Part shown: positions 12,275-24,428 of the stretch, piece after piece
Layout: every line of letters begins with the position of its first letter
Position numbering within the stretch: the first letter of the stretch is position 1
Assembly: GCF_963921235.1 (NCBI RefSeq)
Contig: NC_086097.1
Location: 54,128,001-54,192,000, forward strand
Reading direction: 5' to 3'
Source of the DNA: Mobula hypostoma
Lineage: Eukaryota
DNA: 64,000 bases
The notes under the pieces: generated by a model
What the model saw: only the letters and a program-made list of their open reading frames with translations
What the model was told of the DNA's origin: nothing
Databases searched by the model: none
Program-made: the position numbers and the translations under genes

Positions 12275-12901
12275 CTGTCCAAATGTTGTTGGTTAACCAT
12301 TACAGATATGCAACAGTAAAGCAATGTTTCACTAAAGATGTTACCTTTTCAATTTAAATGAAAATATATGAAACTTTATAAAAAAGTGAGCAAGGAAATC
12401 ATGCTGATTTTGTTTTTATAGATGGATCACAGATAGACTAATAGAAAGTAAGTACCGTCCTTTTAACTTTACAGTCAATAAAGTTTATGTCTGTCTGGAA
12501 TACTGTGATTTCCTGCAATTAATTTTATATTGCCCATCTCTACGGTACATGTGGAGCAACAATATATGCTTTTTCTTAAAGACAAATATAAAGTTGCCTT
12601 ACATTTATTCTTTGAGCCATGAGCAACATTTAGCAGATCAACACATCGGCACATTGATAAACCAAATATTGATTTAACTTCCATGAACAGTTCATGAGGC
12701 AGAATCATATCCTAACTCACTAATAAGTTTACCCAGAGCGATCAGCATCCTTTTCAGCAAATCACCTCCTACACACTTACTTTGAATCAGAATCAGAATC
12801 AGGTTTAATATCATTGGCGTGTGTCGTGAAATGTGTTAACTTTATGGCAGCAGTTCAATGATATACATGATAAAAAATAGAGAGAAAATAGACATTATAT
12901 A

Positions 12902-14456
12902 CAGTGGTATGCAAAGGTTTGGGCACCCCTGGTCAAAATTTCTGTTACTGTGAATAGTTAAGTGAGTAGAAGATGAACTGATCTCCAAAAGTCATAAAGT
13001 TAAAGATGAAACATTCTTTTCAACATTTTAAGCAAGATTAGAGTATTATTTTTGTTTTGTACGATTTTAGAGAACTTTTACCAAGGTCTCAGACCTTAAT
13101 TGACTTGTTAGGGCTATGGCTTGTTCACAATCATTGTTAGGAAAGGCTAGGTGAAGCAAATTTCAAAGCTTTATAAATACCCTGACTCCTCAAACCTTGT
13201 CCCAGCAATCAGCAGCCATGAGCTCCTCTAAGCAGTTGCCTAGTACTCTGAAAATTAAAATAAATGATGCCCACAAAGCAGGAGAAGGCTATAATAAGAT
13301 AGCAAAGTCTTTTCAGGTAGCTGTTTCCTCAGTTCGTAATGTAATTAAGAAATGGCAGTTAACAGGAACGGTGGAGGTCAAGTTGAGGTCTGGAAGACCA
13401 AGAAAATTTTCCAAGAGAACTGCTCATAGGATTGCTAGAAAGGCAGGTCAAAACCCCCTTTTGACTGCAAAAGACTTTCAGGAACGATTTAACAGACTCT
13501 GGAGTGGTGGTGCACTGTTCTACTGTGCAGCAACACCTGCACAAATATGACCTTCATGGAAGAGTCATCAGTAGAAAACCTTTCCTGTGTCCTCACCACA
13601 AAATTCAGCATCAGAAGTTTGCAAAGGAACATCTAAACAAGCCTGAAGCATTTTGGAAACAAGTCCTGTGGACTGATGAAGTTAAAATACAACTTTTTGG
13701 CTGCAATGAGCAAAGGTATGTTTGGAGAAAAAAGGGTGCAGAATTTCATGAAAAGAACACCTCTCCAACTGTTAAGCACAGGGGTGGATCGATCATGCTT
13801 TGGGCTTGTGTTGCAGCCTGTGGCACGGGGAACATTTCACTGGTAGAGTGAGGAAGGAATCAATTAAATACCAGCAAATTCTGGAAGCAAACATCACACC
13901 GTCTGTAAAAATGCTGAAGATGAAAAGAGAATGGCTTCTACAACAGGATAATGATCCTAATCACACCTCCAGATCCATAATGGACTACCTCAAGAGGCAC
14001 AAGCTGAAGGTTTTGCCATGGCCCTCACAGTCCCCGACCTACACATCATCGAAAATCTGTGGATCAAAAGAGCAGTGCATGCAAGACAGCCTAAGAATCT
14101 CACAGAGCTAGAAGCATTTTGCAAAGAAGAATGGGTGAAAATCCCCAAAAACAAGAATTGTAAGACTCTTAGCTTGCTACAGAAAGCGTTTACAAGCTGT
14201 GATACTTGCCAAAGGGGGTGTTACTAAGTACTGACCATGCAGGGTGCCCAAACTTTTGCTTCAGGCCCTTTTCCTGTTTTGTTACTTCGAAACTGTAAAA
14301 GATGGAAATAAAAAAAAGTAATCTTGCTTAAAATATTAAAGAAATATGTCATCTTTAACTCTATGCCTTTTGGAAATCAGGTCATCTTTTACTTGCTTAA
14401 CTATTCACAGTAACAGAAATTTTGACCAGGGGTGCCCAAACTTTTGCATGCCACTG
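12902..14456 (+). mobile_element. Tc1/mariner transposon, long IR/DR-type TIRs
   Basis: TIRs cagtggtatgcaaaggtttgggcacccctggtcaaaatttctgttactgtgaatag and its reverse complement ending at 14456; TA on the left (TT on the right); inner direct repeat near 14240. Confidence 0.96.
13218..14234 (+). pseudogene. Frameshifted Tc1 DD34E transposase
   Basis: Paired-like HTH (GEGYNKIAK..RSGRPRK), VLWTDE, QQDNDPNHT, WPSQSPDLHIIENLW. 34 residues between the second D and E after repairing one frameshift; split across four ORFs. Confidence 0.93.
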
Positions 14457-16065
14457 TTTGTCTATTAAATAGTTAGATAAGTAGTGCAAAATAACAGAAA
14501 TAAAGAAGTAGTGAGGTAGTGTTCATGGGTTCAATGTCCATTTTGGAATTGGATAGCAGAGGGGAAGAAGCTGTTCCTGAATCACTGAGGGTGTGCCTTC
14601 AGGCTTCTGTATCTCCTACCTGATGGTGACAGTGTGAAGAGGGCATGCCCTGGGTGGTGGGGATTCTTAATGATGGATGCCACCTTCCTAAGATTCTGCT
14701 CCTTGAAGATGTCTTGGATACTACAGAGGCTGATACCCATGATAGAGATGACTAATTTTACAAGTTTCTAAAATTTATTTCAATCTTGTGCAGTAGCTGC
14801 CCCTCCTCCATACCAGAAAGTGATGCAGTCAGTCAGAATGCACTCCATGGTATATTGGTAGAAGTTTTTGAGTGTTTTAGTTGACAAATCAAATCTCCTC
14901 AAACTCCAACTGAAGTACAGCCACTGTCTTGTCTTCTTTACAGCTGCATCAATATGTTGCATCCAGGTTAGGTCCTCAGAGATCTTGACACCCAGGAACT
15001 TGCAATTGTTCACTCTCTCCACTTCTGATCCCTCTGTGAAGATTGGTTTGCATTCCCTCATCTTATCCTTTCAGAAGTCCACAATCAGCTCCTTGTTCTT
15101 GCTGACGTTGAGTGCAAGGTTGTTGCTGTGACGCCACTCAACTAACTGATATAGCTTGCTCCTGTACACCCTTTCATCTCCATCTGAAATTCTGCCAACA
15201 ATGGTTGTATCATCAGCAAATTCATAGATACTGTTTAAGCTCTGCCTAGCCACACAGTCATGGGTGTAGAGGGAGTAGAGTAGTGGGCTAAGCACACATC
15301 CCTGTGGAGCGCCAGTGTTAACTGTCAGTGAGGTGGAGATGTTATCACCAATCCGCACAGATTGTGGCCTTCCAGTTAGGAAGTTGAGGATCCAATTGCA
15401 GAGGGAGGTACAGAGGCCTAGGTTCTGTAGCTTTTCAATCAGGACTGTAGGAATGATGGTGGTAAATGCTGAGCTATATTCAATAAATAGCAACCTGACA
15501 TAGGTATTTGCATTGTCCAGGTGACCCAAGGCTGCACAGAGAGTCACTGAGTTTGTGTCTGCTGTAGGCCTATTGTTGCAACAGGCAAACTGCAGTGGGT
15601 CCAGGTCCTTCCCGAGACAGGTGTTGATTCTAGCCATGACCAACCTCTCAAAGCATTTCATCACTGTAGGTGTGAGTGCTAGTGGACAATAGTCATTGTG
15701 GCAGCTCACTCTGCCCTTCTTGGGCACTGGTATAATTGCCGTCCTTTTGAAGCAGAGGGTTTGAAAGCTGCAACAAAGAACAGCTGCATCTGAGAGCTCT
15801 TAAGAATATAACCATTAAGAATTGAGACTGCTCTTCAGGTTAAATTGAATTCTCAATTTTCTTAGCTATCCATCATGTGCACATTTATACGGATATCAAA
15901 AATGCCCTATTGATATTGCAGGATTACCTCCACAATAAACTAATATTAGTCCAGTTCTACATAAAACATTTCTTCCTCCTACCCGGAGATTGATGAAGGC
16001 TTCTGTTGGATTCTGCATCCATGGGCATGAGCAATGTTTCATTTTCTCAGCCAAGGAAAGAGGAT

Positions 16066-16255
16066 GCACACAAGAGATTCTGCAGGTGCTGGAAATCCAG
16101 AATACCATAGACAAAAGCCAGAGGAACTCAGCAGGTCGGGAAGCATCTGTGGTTCTAGTCCTGATGAAGGATCTTGACTAAAAATGTTGACTCTTTATTC
16201 CTTTCCATAGATGCTACCTGACCCGTTGAGTTCCTCCAGCATTTTGGGTGTGTTA
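16066..16255 (+). mobile_element. Short foldback Penelope derivative (inverted tail, degenerate hammerhead at 16157-16192, tail)
   Basis: gaggaactcagcaggtcgggaagcatct pairs with agatgctacctgacccgttgagttcctc; agtcctgatgaagg...aaaatgttgact lies between them. Confidence 0.7.
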
Positions 16256-16409
16256 CTAAAGAACGTGCATTTGCTCATTGGTTGCTGGAGCTGGATGCCA
16301 ATTTAATAATACTGGCATCACTGCAAATGTCAGTCCTGTTTCTGATGATATTCTTGAGCCAGGACGTCAATCAGAAAGAGTAACATGGTGGCATTTCTCT
16401 GCATTACCA

Positions 16410-16540
16410 GCAGCGCACACAAAGTGCTGGAGGAACTCAACAGGTCAGGCAGCATTTACCTCCTGAGATGCTGAGTTCCTCCTGCATCTTGTGTGTGTTG
16501 TTCAAGATCTTGCATCTTCAGTGTCTCCCATGTCTCGTGT
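16410..16540. mobile_element. Second short foldback Penelope-tail derivative
   Basis: cacacaaagtgctggaggaactca pairs with tgagttcctcctgcatcttgtgtg. Confidence 0.6.
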
Positions 16541-17307
16541 TTTCTCTTTGTTTTCCTTTTCCCACTGCTGTAATGGCTGAGGTCAACTCGGTCAATGTGG
16601 ACTAAGGTTCACAACTCCAACACAGAGTCCTGCTGAATGGATCACACAAGTGCTCACAGAGGTTGGTTCTGCCAGTTCATGTCACTACTAGTTTTCAGAT
16701 GAGTTACATGAACAGCCACGATAGGATGGAAGTGCTGATCTTTGCACCCATTCTCCAATCGATTGAAACACTGGGTCGCAAGCAGAAACTCACAAAGCAT
16801 ACCCTCAGGGTTCCCACTGGTTTGTCTGGTTCAGTGTTACACCAAATGATACAATTGCTCCCTGAGCCAAGCAAGGTGTACATTGTACAAGCTTTTCTTA
16901 TAAGCTGCAGTGAAAAAAGTGATGGAACTCCACTACTAATGAATGTATTTCATAGTGCTTTGAACCTAGTACACTTACAGTACCAACGCAGGCCTAAAAT
17001 AGCACGGCTTTGCATTTGCCTTTGATCTTCTTGCTTCTCTGCAACAGTAAATAAAGTTTTAACATCCAACAGATACCAGAGGAGGTAAAGCAAACACTGA
17101 AAGTTTTCTCCATAAAGCATTGTGTGGTGAGTCTATTGTTTACTAAAATTAACATACAAACAGAAGAACTTTAATTATTTGATAAGCTTTTACTGGTAGA
17201 GAAAACCTTTTTAAAGAATACTAATTGTAATTGCCGTTGAAATACAGAACAGAAAGCACTCAAGATGCAAGCAAGTCAGCAAAGCAGCTCAAATGAAATA
17301 TTATTCT

Positions 17308-17862
17308 GTTGTTGTTTGTCCATCGTACGTCAATGAGGACCTCGACACCATTATTGATGGTGTCGAGACTAGCGCGTGACTTGGATTTAAGTGAAGGAGA
17401 GTTGCGCAGCGTCAGCCTCACTCTCTCTTCCCAATTCCCATCTGGATCCAGTGGCAAGACAGAGTTGAGACAGCTGGAGATGGGACTAGGCGCAGTGGAT
17501 GACCAGGACGTCTTTTGTATCTTGTCCTGCTCTACACGTTCCACGACGCTTGCAGAGACTGCCTTCTTGACCGTTGGATCTTCCATTGGTCTCGTCCGCT
17601 CAGTCCGCCGGAGTCTGTCTTCACATGCTGGGATAGACAACTCCCTATCTCACCGAGGGTTTGAGACCCGTCGGCTACCCTCACCTGGTTTAGCCGGTTT
17701 GTCGAAGCCGTTGCCCAGGGTGTGGCCGCTGTTGCATGCAAACAGCTACGGGGAGCCACAGGTGAGAGCTGAGTGCCAGGTGGGGACCAAAGGTGGACTA
17801 ACCGCCTTGAAAAGGACGCGACATGTTACCCCACCAGAGGTGCTACCCCTCCCTAACACCCC
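17308..17862 (-). mobile_element. Non-autonomous RTE-derived retroelement (5' UTR, short ORF, 3' hairpin, (CAA)n tail)
   Basis: RTE-type leader and short ORF MEDPTVKKAVSASVVE...; 3' hairpin ctcgacaccat/atggtgtcgag; minus-strand tail caaacaacaac; imperfect TSD aaatattat/aaatactat. Confidence 0.75.
17680..17862 (-). ncRNA. HDV-like self-cleaving ribozyme (predicted)
   Basis: Minus strand: P1 GGGGUGU/ACACCCU, P2 CUCACCUG/CAGGUGAG, P3 GGC/GCC, L3 UCCCCGU plus hairpin, J1/4 GG-GCAA, P4 CGGCUU/AAACCG, J4/2 GCUAA. Confidence 0.8.
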
Positions 17863-17989
17863 AAATACTATATTATAACCCAAGTAGCTGTATGTGGCAG
17901 AATACTTTGCACTAGTGCAATCATTTTTCCACTTGCTCCTCATAAGTAATGCAAGGTTCATTGGTCCTGTCATTTATTTGAAAATCTTG

Positions 17990-18566
17990 CGTTCCCATTC
18001 TGATATGTCTATCCACGGCCTCCTCTACTGTAAAGATGAAGCCACACTCAGGTTGGAGGAACAACACCTTATATTCTGTCTAGGTAGCCTCCAACCTGAT
18101 GGCATGAACATTGACTTCGCTAACTTCCGCTAATGCCCCACCTCCCCCTCGTACCCCATCCGTTATTTATTTATATACACACATTCTTTCTCTCTCTCTC
18201 CTTTTTCTCCCTCTATCCTTCTGACTATACCCCTCGCCTATCCTCTGGGTTTTCCCCCCTCCCCCTTTTCCTTCTCCCTGGGCCTCCTGTCCCATGATCC
18301 TTTCATATTCCTTTTGCCAATCACCTGTCCAGCTCCTGGCTCCATCCCTTCCCCTCCTGTCTTCTCCTACCATTTTGGATCTCCCCCTCATCCTCCCACT
18401 TCCAAATCTCTTACTAGCTCTTCCTTCAGTTAGTCCTGACAAAGGGTCTCGGCTCAAAACGTCGACTGTACCTCTTCCTAGAGATGCTGCCTGGCCTGCT
18501 GCGTTCACCAGCAACTTTGATGTGTGTTGCTTGAATTTCCAGCATCTGCAGTATTCCTCGTGTTTG
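17990..18566 (+). mobile_element. Penelope-like element 3' fragment (GIY-YIG C-terminus and pseudo-LTR; mutated hammerhead 18432-18467)
   Basis: SHSDMSIHGLLYCKDEATLRLEEQHLIFCLGSLQPDGMNIDF; same family as 54469-57479. Confidence 0.9.
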
Positions 18567-18639
18567 TATACAAAAGAATTATTCAGTTTTCCTAACCCCT
18601 CAATTTATTGCATATCCCATTGTCTTTATCTATTGTACT

Positions 18640-21600
18640 ACTGCTCAAGAAGAGCAGGGTGACCTGCCTCAGTGGCTGCTATCTGGTAATGCATACATCA
18701 ATCATAATAAAGTGCTTTGAGAGTTTGGTTATGGCACAAATCAACACTTGTCTCAAAGATGACCTAGATCCACTTCAATTTTCCTACCAACATTGTTGGG
18801 AGGTGGGAACCAAACTGAAGAGACTGGAAAAGAGGAGGTTGGCTCGCAAATAGAGAAAGCTTGGAGACAGTGTGTGAGGGAGGATAGGCAGGTGATAGAA
18901 AAGGGACGTGCTCAGACCGACGGTTTGAGATGTGTCTATCTGAACGCAAGGAGTATTGTGAACACAGCAGATGAGCTTAGAGCGTGGATCAGTACTCGAT
19001 GCTATGATGTGGTGGCCATTACAGAGACTTGGATGGCTCAGGGACAGGAATGGTTACTTCAAGTGCCGGGTTTTAGATGTTTCAGAAAGGACAGGGAAGG
19101 AGGCAAAAGAGGTGGGGGCGTGGCACTGTTGATCAGAGATAGTGTTACGGCTGCAGAAAAGGTGGACGTCATGGAGGGATTGTCTACAGAGTCTCTGTGG
19201 GTGGAGGTTAGGAACAGGAAGGGGTCAGTAACTCAACTGGATGTTTTTTATAGGCTGCCCAATAGTAACAGGGATATTGAGGGGCAGATAGGGAAAAAGA
19301 TCCTGGAAAGCTGTAATAATAACAGAATTGTCGTGGTGGGAGATTTTAATTTCCCAAATATCGATTGGCATCTCCCTAGAGCGAGGGGTTTAGATGGGGT
19401 GGAGTTTGTTAGGTGTGTTCAGGGAAGGTTTCTTGACACAATATGTAGATAAGCCTACAAGAAGAGAGACTGTACTTGATTTGGTATTGGGAAATGAACC
19501 TGGTCAGGTGTCAGATCTCTCAATGGGAGAGCATTTTGGAGATAGTGGTCATAATTCTATCTCCTTTACAATAGCATTGGAGAGAGATAGGAACAGACAA
19601 GTTAGAAAAGCGTTTAATTGGAGTAAGAGGAATTATGAGGCTATCAGGCAGGAACTTGGAAGCTTAAATTGGGAACGGATGTTCTCGGGGAAAGGTATGG
19701 AAGAAATGTAGCAAATGTTCAGGGGATATTTGTGTGGAGTTCTGCATAGGTATGTTCCAATGAGACAGGGAAGTTATGGTAGGGTACAGAAACTGTGGTG
19801 TACATAGGCTGTAGTAAATCTAGTCAAGAAGAAAAGAAAAGTTTACGAAAGGTTCAGAGAGCTAGGTAATGTTAGAGATCTAGAAGGTTATAAGGCTAAC
19901 AGGAAGAAGCTTAAGAAGGAAATTAGGAGAACCAGAAGGGGCCATGAGAAGGCCTTGGCGGGCAGGATTAAGGAAAACTCCAAGGCATTCTACAAGTATG
20001 TGAAGAGCAAGAGGATAAGACATGAAAGAATAGGACCTATTAAGTGTGACAGTGGGAAAGTGTGTATGGAACCGGAGGAAATAGCAGAGGTACTTAATGA
20101 ATACTTTACTTCAGTATTCACTATGGAAAAGGATCTTAGTGATTGTAGTGATGACTTGCAGCAGACTGAAAAGCTTGAGCATGTAGATATTAAGAAAGAG
20201 GATGTGCCGGAGCTTTTGGAAAGCATCAAGTTGGATAAATCAGAGGGACCAGATGAGATGTACCCCAGGCTACTGTGGGAGGCGAGGGAGGAGAATGCTG
20301 AGCCTCTGGTTATGATCTTTGCATCATCAATGGGGATGGGAGAGGTTCCAGAGGATTGGAGGGCTGCAGATGTTGTTCCCTTATTCAAGAAAGGGAGTAG
20401 AGATAGCCCAGGAAATTATAGACCAGTGAGTCTTACTTCAGTGGTTGGTAAGTTGATGGAGATAATCCTGAGAGGTAGGATTTATGAACATTTGGAGAGG
20501 TATAATATGATTAGGAATAGTCAGCATGGCTTTGTCAAGGGCAGGTCATGCCTTATGAGCCTGATTGAATTTTTTGAGGATGTGACTAAACACATTGATG
20601 AAGGAAGAGCTGTAGATGTAGTGTATATGGATTTCAGCAAGGCATTTGATAAGGTACCCCATTCAAGGCTTATTGAGAAAGTAAGGAGGCATGGGAGCCA
20701 AGGGGACATTGCTTTGTGGATCCAGAATTGGCTTGCCCACGGAAGGTAAAGAGTGGTTGTAGACGGGTCATATTCTGCTTGGAGGTCGGTGACCAGTGGT
20801 GTGCCTCAGGGATCTATTCTGGGACCCTTACTCTTCATGATTTTTATAAATGACCTGGATGAGGAAGTGGAGGGATGGGTTAGTAAGTTTGCTGATGACA
20901 CAAAGGTTGGAGGTGTTGTGGATAGTGTGGAGGGCTGTCAGAGGTTACAGCGCGATATCGATAGGATGCAAAACTGGGCTGAAAAGTGGCAGATGGAGTT
21001 CAACCCAGATAAGTGTGAAGTGATTCATTTTGGTAGGTCAAATATGATGGAAGAATATAGTATTAATAGTAAGACTCTTGGCAGTGTGGAGGATCAGAGG
21101 GATCTTGGGGACTGAGTCCATAGGAAACTCAAAGCAGCTGTGCAGGTTGACTCTGTGGTTAAGAAGGCATACTGTGTATTGGCCTTCATCAATCGTGGAA
21201 TTGAATTTAGGAGCCGAGAGGTAGTGTTGCAGCTATATAGGACCCTGGTCAGACCCCACTTGGAGTACTGTGCTCAGTTCTGGTCACCTCACTACAGGAA
21301 GGATGTGGAAACCATAGAAAGGGTGCAGAGGAGATTTACAAGGATGTTGCCTGGATTGGGGAGCATGCCTTATGAAAACAGATTGAGTGAACTCGGCCTT
21401 TTCTCCTTGGAGCGACGGAGGATGAGAGGTGACCTGATAGAGGTGTATAAGATGATGAGAGGCACTGATCGTGTGGATAGACAGAGGCTTTTTCCCAGGG
21501 CTGAAATGGTTGTCACAAGAGGGCACAGGTTTAAGGTGCTTGGGAGTAGGTACAGAGGAGATGTCAGAGGTAAGTTTTCTACACAGAGAGTGATGAGTGC

Positions 21601-22875
21601 GTGAAATGGGCTGCTGGCAATGGTGGTGGAGGCGGATATGATAGGTTCTTTTCAGGGACTTTTGGATAGGTATATGGAGTTTAGAAAAATAGAGGGCTAT
21701 GTGTAACCCTAGTAATTTCTAAGGTAGGGACATGTTCGGTACAACTTTGTGGGCCAAAGGGCCTTTATTGTGTTGTAGGTTTTCTATGTTTCTACGTTTC
21801 TACATAACAGGCCAACAGCAGATGTGATTTCTGTGGCTGTTTGCTCTACTCTGGACCATCTGGGCTACTGGTTCATCAACTACAGCTCAGTATTCAACAC
21901 ATAATCCCATCCAAATTCATTATCAAGCTTCAAGACCGGGGCCTCTGTACCTCATTGCCAGACCTCAATCAGTGAGGATTGGAAACCACATCTCCCCCTC
22001 TGACTTACCATCAACACAGGTGCACCTCAAAGCTGTATGCTTAGCCCCTGGCTTTACTCTCTATACAATGTGTGGATAAAGACAGCTTCAATGTCAGATA
22101 TAAATTCGCTAATGGCACTACTGTTGTCAGATGAAACACAGGTGATGAAGACTCAGCTTACTGGAGTGAGATGGGACACTTGTTTAAGTACTGCCACAAC
22201 ATCAACCTCTTGCTCAGGTAAGTTAAGGAACTGATTGCTGGCTTCAGGAAGGTGAAGGAGAGTAATCCAGTCTACTCTGGGGGATCAGTGGTAGAGAGAG
22301 TCATTTGTGGGGATTAACACATGGACGACCGGCCTGAGCCCAGCACACAGGTACAATCACAAGGTAGAACGAGCGCCACTGTCTTTACTTTCTTAGGACA
22401 TTAAGGAGGTTTGGCTTGTCACCACAAGAAGCTGCAGAGAATCGAGGACACAGACCAATACATCAAGGACACACCCTTCCCCACCATCTACAGGAGACAG
22501 TGCCTCAAGACTTTAACATCAATCACAGATCCCTACCATCCAGGCGGAGCCATCTTCTCGCAGCTACCCTCAGACAGAAGGTACAGAAGCCTGAAGTCTC
22601 ACTGCAGGTTCAAGAACAACTACTTCTTCTCTTGAACCAACTGGCACATGAGTTATTACAAGTTTAGCAATACTATGACCACCTTGACCACTTTGTACTA
22701 AAATGGACATTTTATTTGTTCTCGTTGTGTTCTTCCTTGTAAAAAAATATGTATAATTTAGGTTTATTTTATGCCTTTCTATGATGCTATGTACCTGTGA
22801 TGCTGCTGCAGGTAAGGTTTTCATTGCGCCCGTGCATACATGTATTTGTGCGTATAACAATACTTTCACCTTGAA
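18640..22875 (+). mobile_element. Old Rex1/Babar fragment split by the 3-kb CR1
   Basis: IIKCFESLVMAQINTCLKDDLDPLQFSYQH resumes after 21802 as ..NRPTADVI; later RRYRSLKSH.RFKNNYF and 3' UTR. Confidence 0.82.
18794..21802 (+). mobile_element. CR1 LINE with nearly the whole ORF2 (APE endonuclease and RT), disrupted
   Basis: YLNARSI, DVVAITETW, GGGVALLI, GDFNFP; NYRPVSLTSVVGKLME, QHGF, DFSKAFDKVPH, GVPQGSILGP, FADD; tail (tttctayg)n; short TSD (a)cat. Several stops and frameshifts. Confidence 0.97.
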
Positions 22876-23154
22876 ATGTTGAGCAACGATCTGCCAGAAC
22901 TAATATCTCGTCACTAAACTGTATCAAAATGGATAACAGATCAACAAGCTAACTAAAGATGTCCTACATCATTAATGAGAAAACAAAAAAATCTCTTTAG
23001 GTATGAAAAAAATCATACTTGAAATTTCTAAATACAAAACTATGCCATCAGGTTGCCATGGTAAAGGCAATTGTATCAGTTTTCTGTCCTGTTACATCAC
23101 AGCAGACTCTATGAACACAATTAAGACTTCTTTCAAGAAATAACCCTATCTTAC

Positions 23155-23220
23155 CATGTTTCTTGCATAAAATAGGAAAACACCTCCAAAATACTTCATT
23201 ATGAAGCAATTTTAAAAAAC
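23155..23220 (-). CDS. Candidate exon (66 nt): (G)FLKLLHNEVFWRCFPILCKKH(G) in the only fully open frame
   Basis: Acceptor gttttgagtatttag, strong donor ATG|gtaaga; phase 1 to 1. Confidence 0.4.
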
Positions 23221-23745
23221 CTAAATACTCAAAACATGGAATAAAATTGGTCTGTTTTGTCCAAAATAGATGTATCTTTAGCATCTTTTAGTTACTCTTC
23301 CATAATATTCCTCCTTTATAAGGTCAGAAACAGGAATGTGCAGTGATGATGAACCAATATTTAGTTTCATTATCAAAACTTCAGAAAATGAAGCATCCCT
23401 GGAAGCTAGATATAAAACAACCAGCCAATTGCCAAATGACTTACATCACATCATCTTTAGTAAGAGAGAATGCAATCACCTATTTAATGCCATTTGCATC
23501 AGTGAGTCCCACACCATTAATTCCTTATAGATTTAAAAAACTAGACCAACTGTGGCCAAAGGGCAGAGTAAGAGATTGGGTGTGTAGCCCTTAAGGCATT
23601 TATTTGACTTTGTTGGGTCTACACTTTAAATGATCTGTTTGTAATTATTTTCTAGTTAAAGTTAAAGGTTGATAATTAAGTTACAGTATAACAAAGGTAA
23701 ATTCATTGTCTATGGTATATCGCGGCATGCGATGATGTCACCTCC

Positions 23746-23781
23746 AGTCCTGACGAAGGGTCTCGGCCTGAAACGTCGACT
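23746..23781 (+). ncRNA. Minimal hammerhead ribozyme motif, intact core
   Basis: AGUC-CUGACGA-AGG(gucucgg)CCU-GAAA-C-GUC-GACU; stem I AGUC/GACU. Confidence 0.8.
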
Positions 23782-23877
23782 GTATCTCTTCCTAGAGATG
23801 CTGCCTGGCCTGCTGTGTTCACCAGCAACTTAGATGTGTGTTGCTTGAATTTCCAGCATCTGCAGAGTTCCTGTTGT
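23749..23877 (+). mobile_element. 129-bp Penelope pseudo-LTR tail inserted in the BEL 5' LTR
   Basis: Absent from the 3' LTR; flanked by tcacctccagt (23738-23748) and tcatctccagt (23878-23888). Confidence 0.9.
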
Positions 23878-24428
23878 TCATCTCCAGTTTCACTGTGTCT
23901 TATGTGTAACCTCTGGTTCGGGAAGGTGTGAAGGTGGGTGCCAGCGTGCAGCATGATCGTGAAGAGCTCCGTTTCTACCCACAAAGAAACATTATAGAAG
24001 CAACGCCGTAAGTTCCTATGAAAGTATTTGAAGTAAAAATATTAACGCGGTTTCTGTTAAGGAAGCGACGGTTTGGTTGGCGTGCGTGTCGGCTTTTCAA
24101 TTTCAAACGCGGGGTGGGCTCAAGCCCAGCGGTGGTTTGACGCGACCCCCTCACTCCCTACTCAGGGCAGCTGGAGACACTCACTGAAAGAAGAGAGCGT
24201 GTGTGGTCTCCAGAATGAAACAGACGCTGTATATGTTTGTATATTTTTATCAACAGTTTTCACCATATGATGTTAATGCGGAAGAGTGAACAGTAAATGG
24301 TTAACCTTACTACAACTCTGTTTTCAGTGGCTCCAGTTTAACTTGGCGTTTAGTCAGAGTTTCAACACACTGCACGAGAACACTACGGTAAAAAGGCAAA
24401 ATTATTAGATGCTCCAACAAGTGGTACG

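Larger units (their letters stand above)
12784..15757 (-). mobile_element. Rex1/Babar LINE (RT to 3' tail) hosting a Tc1 insertion
   Basis: ORF 15071-15727 ([19 protein letters not shown]...[20 protein letters not shown]...FADDTTIVG) and 14780-15061; (gaatca)n tail at 12784-12801. Confidence 0.92.
23581..24387 (+). repeat. 5' LTR (contains a Penelope tail insertion)
   Basis: Colinear with 28227-28878 apart from the ~140-bp insertion and a small indel. Confidence 0.95.

Noticed and set aside
16979..16993. 15-nt microexon candidate; similar weak candidates near 32642-32688 and 43203-43326
   Set aside because: Such short splice-site pairs arise by chance in AT-rich DNA and there is no independent support.
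17309..17878. 189-aa plus-strand ORF
   Set aside because: Antisense shadow of the GC-rich RTE element with no recognisable domain.
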